The notes: generated by a model from the letters alone, not told the origin. 50,296 nucleotides of DNA from Candidatus Hadarchaeales archaeon (GCA_038842485.1 JAWBSP010000004.1:1-50296), one strand, 5' to 3'; positions 35,598-45,038 are shown, numbered from the stretch's first letter. Translations and numbers: made by a program.

Positions 35598-36455
35598 GTG
35601 CGTCCTCAAACCGCCGCTGGGATAACTTTGCTATCCATCTTCACTACTACTGTCATGGGGATTCTGGAGTTTTCCGCTGGTTTCCTCCTTGGAAGCATGG
35701 CTTTTCTCGCCGCCAGCGTGGATGCTCTGACCGACACCTTCACCTCAGTTATGGTGCTACTCGGACTCCGAATCTCCGAGCGAAGAGCCGACTCCCACCA
35801 CCTATACGGGCACCATCAAGCCGAAACGCTGACATCTCTTGCCCTAGCCCTAGCTTTGGCGCTGGCAAGTGTGAGAATCATGTACTCCGCCGTTCAAGGG
35901 TTGGGGCGCAGCAATTTCACACCAAGCGCTGGACTGTATCTGCTCTCCGTCTCGGGTATCGTGATTTTTTCCCTACTGGCTCGAGAGAAAATACGGATTG
36001 GACGGAAGTTGAGTAACCTCTCCGTTGTAGCAGATGGATACCATACTCTCTCTGACTCGCTCGCTTTGGTTGCAGTTCTGGCGGGACTCGTATTTTGCAG
36101 ATGGGGCTACCCACAGGCGGATGCCCTTGTGGCAGTAGGAATCTCCATCCTTATAATGTGGTACAGTATCACCCTTTGGAGGAGAATAGTGGATGTGTTC
36201 ATGGAGAGCAGTCCAGGTGAGCGAGTAATGAGAGAGATGAAAGAGCTAGTTTTGGGAATGCCGGGAGTTCGCGGATGTCACGAACTTCGGGCTAGGAGGG
36301 TGGGATCTAAAATTTTTGCCGATTTACATGTGCTGGTCGAGCCCTACACAAGTGTGGAGGATGCCCACAAGCTCACAGAGAGGATGGAGAGGCTCCTCAA
36401 GAGAAAAATAAAAGACCTGCATTCAGTGGTAATTCACGTCGAACCGATCAACTGA
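35598..36455 (+). CDS. Cation diffusion facilitator (FieF/CzcD-like) transporter
   Basis: HLYGHHQAE, ADGYHTLSD, DLHVLV, VVIHVEP. Confidence 0.92.
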   Translation: MRPQTAAGITLLSIFTTTVMGILEFSAGFLLGSMAFLAASVDALTDTFTSVMVLLGLRISERRADSHHLYGHHQAETLTSLALALALALASVRIMYSAVQGLGRSNFTPSAGLYLLSVSGIVIFSLLAREKIRIGRKLSNLSVVADGYHTLSDSLALVAVLAGLVFCRWGYPQADALVAVGISILIMWYSITLWRRIVDVFMESSPGERVMREMKELVLGMPGVRGCHELRARRVGSKIFADLHVLVEPYTSVEDAHKLTERMERLLKRKIKDLHSVVIHVEPIN

Positions 36456-36457
36456 GT

Positions 36458-36761
36458 GGGTGGGCTCCCAGATTCGAGCGCCTTCCACCCGTCTAGGAAC
36501 GGCCTTCCCTCAGCCCCGTTACCCACAAGCGCCGAACGTCCTGCCTACGGTTGCTCCCTTCCGGGCCTGGCCGGGTTCGACAGGTAAGGGCGGTTCACCC
36601 AAACCCTACGGTTTGGGCCCCGCCTCCGCCGACCCTGTGGGGCGGGACCTCCACGGGAGCATCCGTCCCTTCAACGGGCTTCCGGACACCCTCCTCTGGG
36701 CTTCGGCCCGCCGTAACCCCATTTGCGGTTCGGGGAGGGGTAGCCCCCGCCTAGCCCACCC
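36458..36761 (-). ncRNA. ffs: Archaeal SRP (7S) RNA
   Basis: Reverse complement holds helix 8 CCAGGCCCGGAAGGGAGCAACCG; terminal helix GGGTGGGCT/AGCCCACCC; ~304 nt. Confidence 0.95.
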
Positions 36762-36925
36762 AATTAAGATTTGACGTCGCTTCAAATATCTTATCGTTGC
36801 TTGTGCGTGATGTCAAGACCTACAAACTTGTAGAAGCACGGTGTCCCATCACCCACTCATCGCTTTCCTCGGGGCCCTGCCTTTGAGCGCTGATTGGAGC
36901 TTTATTTATAGAAAACATAGGAGAG

Positions 36926-37243
36926 ATGCTTGAAATCTCCGACACGGATTTCGACGAAGTGGTGAGAAATAATCGGTTCGTGGTGGTGGACTTCTGGGCC
37001 CCCTGGTGTCCACCCTGCAGGGCCTTGGCGCCAGTCATGGAGGAACTCTCGAAGGAGTATGAGGGAAGGGTTCAGATGGTCAAAATAAACGTGGATCAGC
37101 ACCGCGTCAAGGCCAAGGAATACGGAATCATGAGCATCCCTACTCTGCTCTTTTTCCGAGAGGGGAAGCTCGTGGACAGGCAAGTGGGAGCCGTGCCGAA
37201 AAGCCTGCTTCGGGAGAAGCTAGAACAGCTCATAGGGAAGTAA
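36926..37243 (+). CDS. trxA: Thioredoxin
   Basis: VDFWAPWCPPC, IMSIPTL. Confidence 0.95.
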   Translation: MLEISDTDFDEVVRNNRFVVVDFWAPWCPPCRALAPVMEELSKEYEGRVQMVKINVDQHRVKAKEYGIMSIPTLLFFREGKLVDRQVGAVPKSLLREKLEQLIGK

Positions 37244-37246
37244 AAT

Positions 37247-38824
37247 TCAGTTTTTCTGCACGATGGTTCTTGGTCTGATGTCCTCAAAGCCCGAGAGGAT
37301 CCTGAAAGCCCCCTCCACCCTGTTACCGAACCGCCACCTGTAGAAGAGAGGGTACAGAGGGGGGACAACCGCTCTCAGCTTGTTTTCGGTTCCAGGGCTC
37401 CAGACCCTCACGTTGTGTTTCCAGCAGAGGGCGAAGAACTCCCAGTAAAGTTCCCCCAGATGTTTGGACTCGACCTGCCTAGCCTTTTTCAGCATGCAGT
37501 CCTCCTCCGAAGTGAAGAGCAGCGGGACGAAGAAAATCCCCTTCCCCCAAAGTCTATCCACCAGTTCTAGGGTGTCCATCAGATCTCCCTCCGTCTCTCC
37601 CGGCAGTCCCACCACAATGGTTCCCAACGGATAGATGGAGTTCTCGTTCAGGATTTCGACCGCCTCCACCACAATTTGAGACCAGTTTTTGGCCTCCAGC
37701 GGCAGTGCCTTGCCCGCCATGTACTTCTCAAGCAGTCTTGTGCTTCCCGTTTCTATCCCCACCTCCACGGCTGCTACCCTCTTTCCCCTGCATTTCCACC
37801 TGCTTTTCTCCACCAAGATCGGTGCGATCTCCTCCACCATCTTTGGGTCATAGACCACCGGCGGTAGGGAGGCATGGGCAATCTGGAGATACTCCACCCC
37901 TGGAACCCTTGAAACCTCCTTGAGGAGCCTGACGATCTCCCTTCTATTGGGCACAAACCTCGGAAGGTGCCTGTACAGAAAGATGTCGTCGGTTTGTAGG
38001 ATGATCATTCGGCTCCCGGCCCCCGCGTTCAGTTTTGCCTCCTCCAGAATTCTCTTCAGTGGGAAGGAGTAGAATTTCCTCATGGTCGGTGAGCAGAACT
38101 GGCATCCCTTTCCACACCCCCTAGTGATCTCAACCACGCCGAACAGGGAGGGCTGGGTGATGGCTGGCACCTCCTCCATCTCCGCCCTTCTTGCATACAC
38201 CACCTTCTCCACCTCCTTCCCCCCAAGAAGCTTTTCAAAAAGCTCTCGGGCGATTCCCTCCACTTCACCCACTACCACGGTGTCGACCCCCAGTTTCTCC
38301 TGTAGTCCGCTACGTGGGATCTGCCAAGCTCCTGCACCCCCAACTACCAGCCTGAACCCATACTTTCGCTTTAACCGTTGCAAAATTTTGAGGAGAGACC
38401 TGAATTCCACTGCACTGATGGATTCCCTGAAGCCCAGAAGGGAGGTATAGGTTCGGCTGACAAATCCCATCCCGAGCGGATCCATGCTGGAAACCCCAAC
38501 GACTTTGGTACGTTTGCCCACGAATCTTGCCAAACTGTCGGGGGTACAGACTACCACCTCTCTCCCCGCCTTCTCCAAGAGTGCCTGTAATTTTCTCAGT
38601 CCATAGGGGGCAAACTTGGCTGTTCCGTTAAGCTTGGGGGTGGGCGGATACCACTTCGAGCGCAGTACCCTGAGAGGAATGAAATAAGGAAAGCTTCCCG
38701 TGAAGGCTATAAAAGGATTGAGCTTGAAATCGCTGAACTCCACCCAAGAGGCGGTCAGCACGATTTCGCTCCCCCTCGGATTTTCCCGCCTCAGCATTCT
38801 GCCCGGTGAGGGAAGTTTGGTCAT
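37247..38824 (-). CDS. Radical SAM protein with N-terminal B12-binding-like domain
   Basis: APYGLRKL, SSMDPLG, VVGGAGAWQ, EITRGCGKGCQFC, GIETGS; start ATG 38824 overlapping the dys stop. Confidence 0.9.
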   Translation of the reverse strand: MTKLPSPGRMLRRENPRGSEIVLTASWVEFSDFKLNPFIAFTGSFPYFIPLRVLRSKWYPPTPKLNGTAKFAPYGLRKLQALLEKAGREVVVCTPDSLARFVGKRTKVVGVSSMDPLGMGFVSRTYTSLLGFRESISAVEFRSLLKILQRLKRKYGFRLVVGGAGAWQIPRSGLQEKLGVDTVVVGEVEGIARELFEKLLGGKEVEKVVYARRAEMEEVPAITQPSLFGVVEITRGCGKGCQFCSPTMRKFYSFPLKRILEEAKLNAGAGSRMIILQTDDIFLYRHLPRFVPNRREIVRLLKEVSRVPGVEYLQIAHASLPPVVYDPKMVEEIAPILVEKSRWKCRGKRVAAVEVGIETGSTRLLEKYMAGKALPLEAKNWSQIVVEAVEILNENSIYPLGTIVVGLPGETEGDLMDTLELVDRLWGKGIFFVPLLFTSEEDCMLKKARQVESKHLGELYWEFFALCWKHNVRVWSPGTENKLRAVVPPLYPLFYRWRFGNRVEGAFRILSGFEDIRPRTIVQKN

Positions 38825-39759
38825 CCTGCAACCTCCAGCAGTGCTCCTACAAGCAGGGGAAGGGTTATGGTCGCATCTCCTTCCACAGTAACGTGCTTGG
38901 CTCCCTTCTTTATCTTCCCCCAAGAGATCGCCTCCCTCGTTCTCGCACCCGAGAGCGAACCATCGGACTCGTGAGCAGTGGTGAGGTAGACCGCGAAATC
39001 CAGACCCCCCCGGAACTGTGCCCACCAGATGACGTGATGCTTGCTTATCCCTCCCCCCACCACCAGTGCCCCGGTGGATTTAGCCTTCCACATCAGATCG
39101 TTCATGAGCTGCTCGTCTCCGAGTGGGTTCAACCTGAAATCCCGATGATCCTGCGAGAAGAGCCAGAGCTGGTACCCCACCGCCCCGTCTGTTGGCCCGG
39201 GAACCACCACTGGAATACCGTTTCGCTCACACCAGTAGAGAAAGGAGTCCTCTCTCCCCATCCACCTCCCAAGTTCTCTGCAGAGCTCGTGCGAGCAGAG
39301 CTCCCTGATTCCACGGCTGTAGATCTCCCGCAGGAACTCCTGCATCTTCTCCTCGATGATAAGACCGTATGATTCCTCCGGAACGAACACATTTCCGAGT
39401 CGGTGAATTTTTCTCGCTCTGAGCTCGGTATCGTCTACGAAGAAGCTTCCGTGATAATAGGGTTTGAAACTCCTTGCCAAATCGTGATCCAACGCCCCGC
39501 ATGTGGTTACAAAAACATCGAAGAGCTTCCTGCGAGCTAGGTCCCTAAAAATTCCTCTCAAGCCGGTGGACACTAGATTCGCGGGGAAGGAGAGAAACTT
39601 GAGACAACCCTTCGTCGAGTACATCTCCTTCAGAATCTCTGCGGCCTCTGCAAGCAACTTGGAGTTGAAGCCACCAGCTGAACCGAACTGCTCGATTAGC
39701 TTGCTGATTGACATTCCCTTGGTCAGTCTAAGATCCTCAACCTTCTGAAGATTCTTCAT
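38821..39759 (-). CDS. dys: Deoxyhypusine synthase
   Basis: STGLRG, HRLGNV, GGGISKHH, DGSLSGA..EAISWGKI, GDATI. Confidence 0.96.
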   Translation of the reverse strand: MKNLQKVEDLRLTKGMSISKLIEQFGSAGGFNSKLLAEAAEILKEMYSTKGCLKFLSFPANLVSTGLRGIFRDLARRKLFDVFVTTCGALDHDLARSFKPYYHGSFFVDDTELRARKIHRLGNVFVPEESYGLIIEEKMQEFLREIYSRGIRELCSHELCRELGRWMGREDSFLYWCERNGIPVVVPGPTDGAVGYQLWLFSQDHRDFRLNPLGDEQLMNDLMWKAKSTGALVVGGGISKHHVIWWAQFRGGLDFAVYLTTAHESDGSLSGARTREAISWGKIKKGAKHVTVEGDATITLPLLVGALLEVAG

Positions 39760-39816
39760 CAAGTTTTTGGACTGGCATCTTTATTTTGAAAGCACTGCAG
39801 TCTAAACCGGGGAGTC

Positions 39817-42111
39817 GTGAGGTATTCGATGGGCAAATCGCTTCTCAGGCGGTTTTGTCTACTCTCTTTGTTTCTGTGTATCCTCCCTGTGACAACCCCC
39901 TCGAGCGGGCAACCCGTTCAAATCCTCATCCGGACGAATAGCGAACACAACATTTTCAGCCCAGGTGAGGAAATAAGACTCGTGATATCAGTTCCAGAAA
40001 ACACCGTCTCGGGGATCCTCTCGCTTGAGATCAGAGACTTCTCCGGGAACCGCACGCTGGAAAATACCCTTACCCTTGAAGCAGGTCGGGCGGAAATCTC
40101 CCTCACCCTGACCGAAGGGTTCTACTGGGCTGAGGCGCTCCTGCAAGCTGGTGGCGAGAAAGTGGGAAGTGGAAGGGTGGGGATAGCCGTGATTCCAGTA
40201 CCCACTCATGAACCAGCTTTTGACTCACCTTTCGGGATCCAGTCCCCCAACTTCGCACTAGCCAGAAGGGCCGGTGTTGGGTGGGGGAGAGTTGATTTTA
40301 CTTGGAGCCTCATCGAGAAGGAGGAGAACAGCTTCGAGTGGGAGGAAACCGATCGGATAGTGGAGGAGGCCAGTCAAGCTGGCGTAAGGCTGCTGGGGAT
40401 TTTGAGGCACCCCCCGGAGTGGGCTGCGAGAATTCCGCCGGGGTACGAGCCGCGCGGGAGGGGCGTTCATGAGGGCTGGGACTCCTTTCCCCCAAGAGAC
40501 TTGGAGAAGTGGGGCAGGTACGTGTACGAGACCGTCAGGCGCTACGAAAACCGGGTGGCAGCATGGGAGATCTGGAACGAGCCCTTCCCCGATGGGATCT
40601 TCTTCAGAGGGGGAACGGTTGAGGACTACGTAGACCTGCTGAGGGTTGCCTACACTGAGGCGAAGAGAGCGGATCCTGACTGCGTGGTCGTGGGTCTGGG
40701 AGGCACCAATTTCGTGCAGGCGCAGAGGGTCTTCGAGCTGGGAGGATTCCCCTACATGGACGCTGCAAGCATCCATCACTACCAGCCTGGTTTCTATCCT
40801 GAGTTCGTCTTCCCTCGGATTCTCAGCCGGACGCGGTCGGTGGTGGAGCGGGTGGGTGGCAAGGGAATCTGGCTGACGGAGATTGGCTGGCCGACGAACC
40901 TCTCCGATTTCAGCCTTGAGCAGAACTGGGGTGGTGCACCAGTGGAACTCCAAGCAAAGTTCCTCCCCCGGGCCCTCATCCTGGGCCTTTCGGAAGGTCT
41001 GGAGAAAATTTTCTGGTTCAAAATGGACGACGGACCCGATCCCCACAACTTCGAGCACAATCAGGGTCTGCTCTTCCACGACGGTTCCCCAAAGCCCTCC
41101 TACGTTTCGCTCGCCACGGTTGCCCGCCTGCTCGAAAATTCGAGGTATGGGGGGAGGTTGGAACTCGCCCCCAGGATTTACGGTTACTGGTTTGAGGGAA
41201 GCGGAGCAACAGTCGCCCTCTGGACCACGCACGCCTGGGCCGAGCTGATCCTTCCTCCCTGTCCGGGGGTGAGAGTGGTGGGGATGATGGGGGAGGAACT
41301 AGGCCGGGAAATCAGGAACGGAAAGTGGCATCTCAGGCTCTCGGACTCCGTGCAGTATCTCGTGTGCGACAATTCCTCATTGCAGGACTTGCTCTCAGCC
41401 CTTCGGCAGGCGGAGGTTTTCCTTCCCTTTGACGTACTTCCCCTCTGTCTCCTTCTCCCCTTCGCCGGTCTGGTGGCCCTCGGAGGTTTAAGGGGGAGAA
41501 AGGATGGATTTGAGACGGACTGCTTTAGGGCCTACTTCCTACCCTCCCGCCTCTCCTGGAAATCCGGCCGGGCGCTCCTCTTCTCGCTCCTCATGCTGGG
41601 GTTTGCCTCGATTTGGGTCTACAGGCTCGCGGGCTGGCTTGTATACGAGTTTCCCTACTCCCTCCCAAGCTCCGTCCCCGGGTGGAACATCATCCCCACG
41701 GTGGTCATGGGAGTGCTGAGGAATCCCCTCCTTCTCCTCTGCTCCGGTTTTGCCGCCCTAGTCCTATACTCGGCAATCTACTGGGTTTTCTGCCGAATCT
41801 TTGGAGGGAAGCTGGGAGTTTTCACCTGCCTCAAGCTGGTAGGATGGAGCACGGCTCCCTTCATCCTCTTTCTGCCTCTCACCTTGGTCGGCTCTAGGCT
41901 TTCCGAAACCCTTCTTCCCCGCCTGTTCCTGTTCTCCGCCCTTCCCATCTGGACATGGTGTATGCTGATAACGGCACTGGAGACGAGAAGGCTTGGGCGC
42001 AGAGCGATGCTGGCGAGGGTTTTCTGCGACCTGATTCTGCTCCTCACGGGTCTCCTGCTTCTTTTCACCCTTCCCTCGGAGGAGCTGCCCATGCTGGAAG
42101 TGATATTCTAA
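39817..42111 (+). CDS. Secreted clan GH-A (GH39-like) glycoside hydrolase with C-terminal multi-TM (Yip1-like) domain
   Basis: Signal peptide; WEIWNEP (acid/base), SIHHY, WLTEIGW (nucleophile); about 5-6 C-terminal TM helices. Confidence 0.8.
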   Translation: MRYSMGKSLLRRFCLLSLFLCILPVTTPSSGQPVQILIRTNSEHNIFSPGEEIRLVISVPENTVSGILSLEIRDFSGNRTLENTLTLEAGRAEISLTLTEGFYWAEALLQAGGEKVGSGRVGIAVIPVPTHEPAFDSPFGIQSPNFALARRAGVGWGRVDFTWSLIEKEENSFEWEETDRIVEEASQAGVRLLGILRHPPEWAARIPPGYEPRGRGVHEGWDSFPPRDLEKWGRYVYETVRRYENRVAAWEIWNEPFPDGIFFRGGTVEDYVDLLRVAYTEAKRADPDCVVVGLGGTNFVQAQRVFELGGFPYMDAASIHHYQPGFYPEFVFPRILSRTRSVVERVGGKGIWLTEIGWPTNLSDFSLEQNWGGAPVELQAKFLPRALILGLSEGLEKIFWFKMDDGPDPHNFEHNQGLLFHDGSPKPSYVSLATVARLLENSRYGGRLELAPRIYGYWFEGSGATVALWTTHAWAELILPPCPGVRVVGMMGEELGREIRNGKWHLRLSDSVQYLVCDNSSLQDLLSALRQAEVFLPFDVLPLCLLLPFAGLVALGGLRGRKDGFETDCFRAYFLPSRLSWKSGRALLFSLLMLGFASIWVYRLAGWLVYEFPYSLPSSVPGWNIIPTVVMGVLRNPLLLLCSGFAALVLYSAIYWVFCRIFGGKLGVFTCLKLVGWSTAPFILFLPLTLVGSRLSETLLPRLFLFSALPIWTWCMLITALETRRLGRRAMLARVFCDLILLLTGLLLLFTLPSEELPMLEVIF

Positions 42112-42161
42112 CCCCCAAAAACGGTTGGTCTAGGGATTAAGAATAATCGCTCGACAAATCG

Positions 42162-42476
42162 ATGCATGGAGTCATAAAAGGCAGGCTTGAGGATCTGGGC
42201 AGGTTGTTCAAGAAGCTTGGTTTCACGGTGATAAAAAAAGACAGTAAACTCTTGGCCACAAGCTACGTTGGGATCAAGGGGAGGTGGCATCTGAAGGCCA
42301 AGGTACTTCTCTCGAACTTGATCTGGTTCGACTTTCACTGGGATTGGTTGATCCACCTCGCGTACGTTTTCGGAAGCGACCACAGGAAAAAGCCGGTGAT
42401 ATACTACCGGCAGTGGGTGAAGCCCCTGCTGAAGAAGTTTAACCTACAAAAGGTGATTTTGGATGTCAAGACCTAG
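42162..42476 (+). CDS. Hypothetical protein
   Basis: 104-aa ORF overlapping the CBS gene; HLK...DFHWD. Confidence 0.6.
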   Translation: MHGVIKGRLEDLGRLFKKLGFTVIKKDSKLLATSYVGIKGRWHLKAKVLLSNLIWFDFHWDWLIHLAYVFGSDHRKKPVIYYRQWVKPLLKKFNLQKVILDVKT

Positions 42477-42888
42477 GATCTCGGTAGGGGAGCTGATGGT
42501 GAAGGAGGTGGTGAAGGTGGATGCCGATTCCACCTTGATGGAGGTTGCCAAAAAAATGAGGGAGAAAAATGTGGGCTGTGTGGTGGTCTGCGAAGGAAAG
42601 AAGCCTGTTGGAATCATCACCGAGTGGGACATCATGGAAAAAGTGGTGGCCAAGAACATAAAACCCGGCGAAAGGCGAGCGAAGGATGTCATGTCGGCGC
42701 CCCTCATCTCGGTGAACAGAAAGACGGATGTGCTGGAAGCCTTCAAAATCATGCGTGCCAAGAAAATAAGACGCCTGCCCGTGGTGGAGGGCGGAAAGCT
42801 GTTGGGTATCATCTCCCTGATAGACATGGTGTCCGTCTTCCAGCGGGAGCTGGCCGCCGAGGCAGAGGAGCTAATCGAGAAAAGGTAG
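42463..42888 (+). CDS. CBS-domain pair protein
   Basis: VGELM, VGIITEWDI, AKDVMS, IRRLPVV. Confidence 0.93.
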   Translation: MSRPRISVGELMVKEVVKVDADSTLMEVAKKMREKNVGCVVVCEGKKPVGIITEWDIMEKVVAKNIKPGERRAKDVMSAPLISVNRKTDVLEAFKIMRAKKIRRLPVVEGGKLLGIISLIDMVSVFQRELAAEAEELIEKR

Positions 42889-42922
42889 AGGACCGATTTA
42901 AATTCCCTTTTCATTTGACTGA

Positions 42923-43156
42923 ATGGTGCAGGCATACGTCCTCATCACGGTGGCAATCGGGAAGGTGAAGAAGGTGGCGGACGATCTGAAGAAGCTTCCG
43001 GCGGTGAAGTCGGTCCACGTCGTAACGGGTCCCTACGACATCGTCGCCTTCGTGGAGGCCGACGATCTCCCCACCCTGACTGGGGCCGTTGTGAAGGGGA
43101 TCCACAAGGTAAAGGGAGTCGTGGACACCAACACCTGTATCGTGGTAGAGGTATAA
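42923..43156 (+). CDS. Stand-alone Lrp/AsnC ligand-binding domain protein
   Basis: AYVLI, VTGPYDIVA, GVVDTNTCI; no HTH. Confidence 0.9.
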   Translation: MVQAYVLITVAIGKVKKVADDLKKLPAVKSVHVVTGPYDIVAFVEADDLPTLTGAVVKGIHKVKGVVDTNTCIVVEV

Positions 43157-43210
43157 TTTCAGCCCTCATACGCCACCCACAAGCATCCGGCGGCTGTTGT
43201 CTTTTAGAGG

Positions 43211-43298
43211 TAGCCCCGCCCGGATTCGAACCGAGGTCAGCGGGTCCAGAGCCCGCTAGGCTTGACCATTGGGCCCGAAGGGTCTACCCCACGGGGCT
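43211..43298 (-). tRNA. tRNA-Gln(CTG) with 15-nt D-loop intron (43269-43283)
   Basis: AGCCCCG TG GGGT AG|ACCCTTCGGGCCCAA|TGGTCAA GCCT A GCGGG-CTCTGGA-CCCGC...; spliced length 73 nt. Confidence 0.9.
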
Positions 43299-43434
43299 AC
43301 CAATTTACTTTGAACATACGACTATTATTCCTTATCGACTGAGAGAGCGCGGAGCTCGAGCAGTCTTTTTACCCACTAGTTCAGATTTCGTGCAAAAACT
43401 GACCCTTGTGAACAGCCTTTTTGCTGCAAGAAGG

Positions 43435-43557
43435 TAGCCCCGGCCGGATTCGAACCGGCGTCACGGGCTCCAAAGGCCCGGATGCTTTTTCGGGAGCTGA
43501 AGCCCTGACCGTTATGCTCCAGTAGCGGCTAAGCTACCGGATCTACACCACGGGGCT
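43435..43557 (-). tRNA. tRNA-Gln(TTG) with two D-loop introns (43512-43542 and 43488-43506)
   Basis: Removing 31 + 19 nt gives a canonical 73-nt AGCCCCGTGGTGTAGCGGTCAAGCATCCGGGC-CTTTGGA-GCCCG... Confidence 0.88.
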
Positions 43558-43634
43558 ACCAAAAATTTCATCGAGCGAGCTTTTTGGTGTTTCCCTGGGA
43601 TACTTAAATACTCAGAAAGTCAAAAATTCCAAAC

Positions 43635-44930
43635 ATGAAGCAACTGATAGTCTTCGGACTTGGGTTCCAGGCGCATGTGGGAGGTGTCCTCTACACAGGG
43701 GGACTGGACATTGTGGTGACCTACCTCTACCCGCACCTCCCCTACAAGACCCTCATATTTGTCAGAGCCACCCATCCCACCAGAACCGTCTCCTTCAGGC
43801 ACGCTGAGAACGTGAGGGTAAACGCCGTGCCGGTGGAGGCTTGGAGATCCCTCGATCCCTCAAGCTACTGGGTGGCCGAGGGCAACCGCGACATCATTTC
43901 TGCTCTTGATTGGGTGAGCTCAGTGATACACGAGCGTATTTTCCCCCTCTCGGATCTTCTCCGCAGGAATCAGACCATCGTGCACGCCCACGACTGGTTC
44001 AACGCCAAGGCCATCAAGTACATGAAGGAGGCCTTTGACTTTCCCTCAATTTTCTCCGTACACATGAGTGTGAACAGACCGACCGGGATCGACTACTTGG
44101 GTTTGCTGCGGAGGTCCGAGAGGAGCGGGATGACCCCCGAACTCAAGAAGGAAATGGGTAACCTAGACAGGAGGCTCCTCTTTGAGGCCGAGGGGTGCGA
44201 ACTGGCGGAATTCGTGCACTGTGTTTCCAAAGCCACAGCTGAATCCGTCAGAACAGCCTATGCCCTGCCCTCAAAGAAAATAAAGGTCATCTATAACGGG
44301 GTTGACACTCAGCTGTATCGCCCGCCGGAAGAGGGTGAGGAAAAGGAGCTGGACGCGGTGGCGAAGAAGTACGGTTTGAAGAGGCCCTTCATCCTTTCAA
44401 CGGGACGTTTTGTGGCGGAGAAAAACCACATAACGCTCCTCAGGGCCTTCGCCCTTTTCGCCAAGGACCACCCGGACTATTCTCTGGGGATTCTGGGCTT
44501 CGGTGGCTACACCTATGAGGAGCTCCTCAGGGCTAGAGATTCTCTACCCGAAACCCTGAGGAAAAGGGTGATAATCAGGAATGAAGACATCCGGAACGAT
44601 TTGCCACTCCTTTACAGATCGGCATCCATCTGCTGTTTCCCCTCCTTGGTTGAGGCATTCGGCATTGTCGCCTTGGAGGCCATGTCGTCAGGCAAGCCGG
44701 TGGTGGTGGGAGATGTGGGGGGATTGAGAGAAGTTCTCCCAGATCGCGTGAACGGAAGAATCGGGAGCAGGGTGGACTGCAGGCGCCCCGAGCCACTTGC
44801 CGAAGCACTCGCCCGAGCGGTGGAAAAGGGCGAGAAGTGGGGGAGGGGCGCTAGGAAATACGTGCTGCAGCACTTCTCCTGGGAGAAAATAGCCCTCCAG
44901 TTCGACCGCCTCTACCAGCAACTGTTTTAG
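43635..44930 (+). CDS. GT4-family glycosyltransferase
   Basis: VHAHDW, VIYNGVD, EAFGIVALEAMSSGKPVV, FSWEKIA. Confidence 0.93.
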   Translation: MKQLIVFGLGFQAHVGGVLYTGGLDIVVTYLYPHLPYKTLIFVRATHPTRTVSFRHAENVRVNAVPVEAWRSLDPSSYWVAEGNRDIISALDWVSSVIHERIFPLSDLLRRNQTIVHAHDWFNAKAIKYMKEAFDFPSIFSVHMSVNRPTGIDYLGLLRRSERSGMTPELKKEMGNLDRRLLFEAEGCELAEFVHCVSKATAESVRTAYALPSKKIKVIYNGVDTQLYRPPEEGEEKELDAVAKKYGLKRPFILSTGRFVAEKNHITLLRAFALFAKDHPDYSLGILGFGGYTYEELLRARDSLPETLRKRVIIRNEDIRNDLPLLYRSASICCFPSLVEAFGIVALEAMSSGKPVVVGDVGGLREVLPDRVNGRIGSRVDCRRPEPLAEALARAVEKGEKWGRGARKYVLQHFSWEKIALQFDRLYQQLF

Positions 44931-44935
44931 TTGGG

Positions 44936-45009
44936 CGGGCCCGGAGGGATTCGAACCCTCGACCTACCGGTTAAGAGCCGGTCGCTCTCCCAGACTAAGC
45001 CACGGGCCC
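44936..45009 (-). tRNA. tRNA-Lys(CTT)
   Basis: GGGCCCG...ACCGG-CTCTTAA-CCGGT...GGTTCGAATCC...CGGGCCCG. Confidence 0.96.
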
Positions 45010-45038
45010 TTTCTCAAATTATCTTGGAGATATATGAG

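Noticed and set aside
36460-36774. ORFs 36460-36774 and 36551-36754
   Set aside because: Antisense to the SRP RNA; open because of GC-rich structured RNA
36809-36822. 14-bp match GATGTCAAGACCTA also at 42462-42475
   Set aside because: A single short match; 14-mer coincidences are expected in 50 kb and the contexts are unrelated
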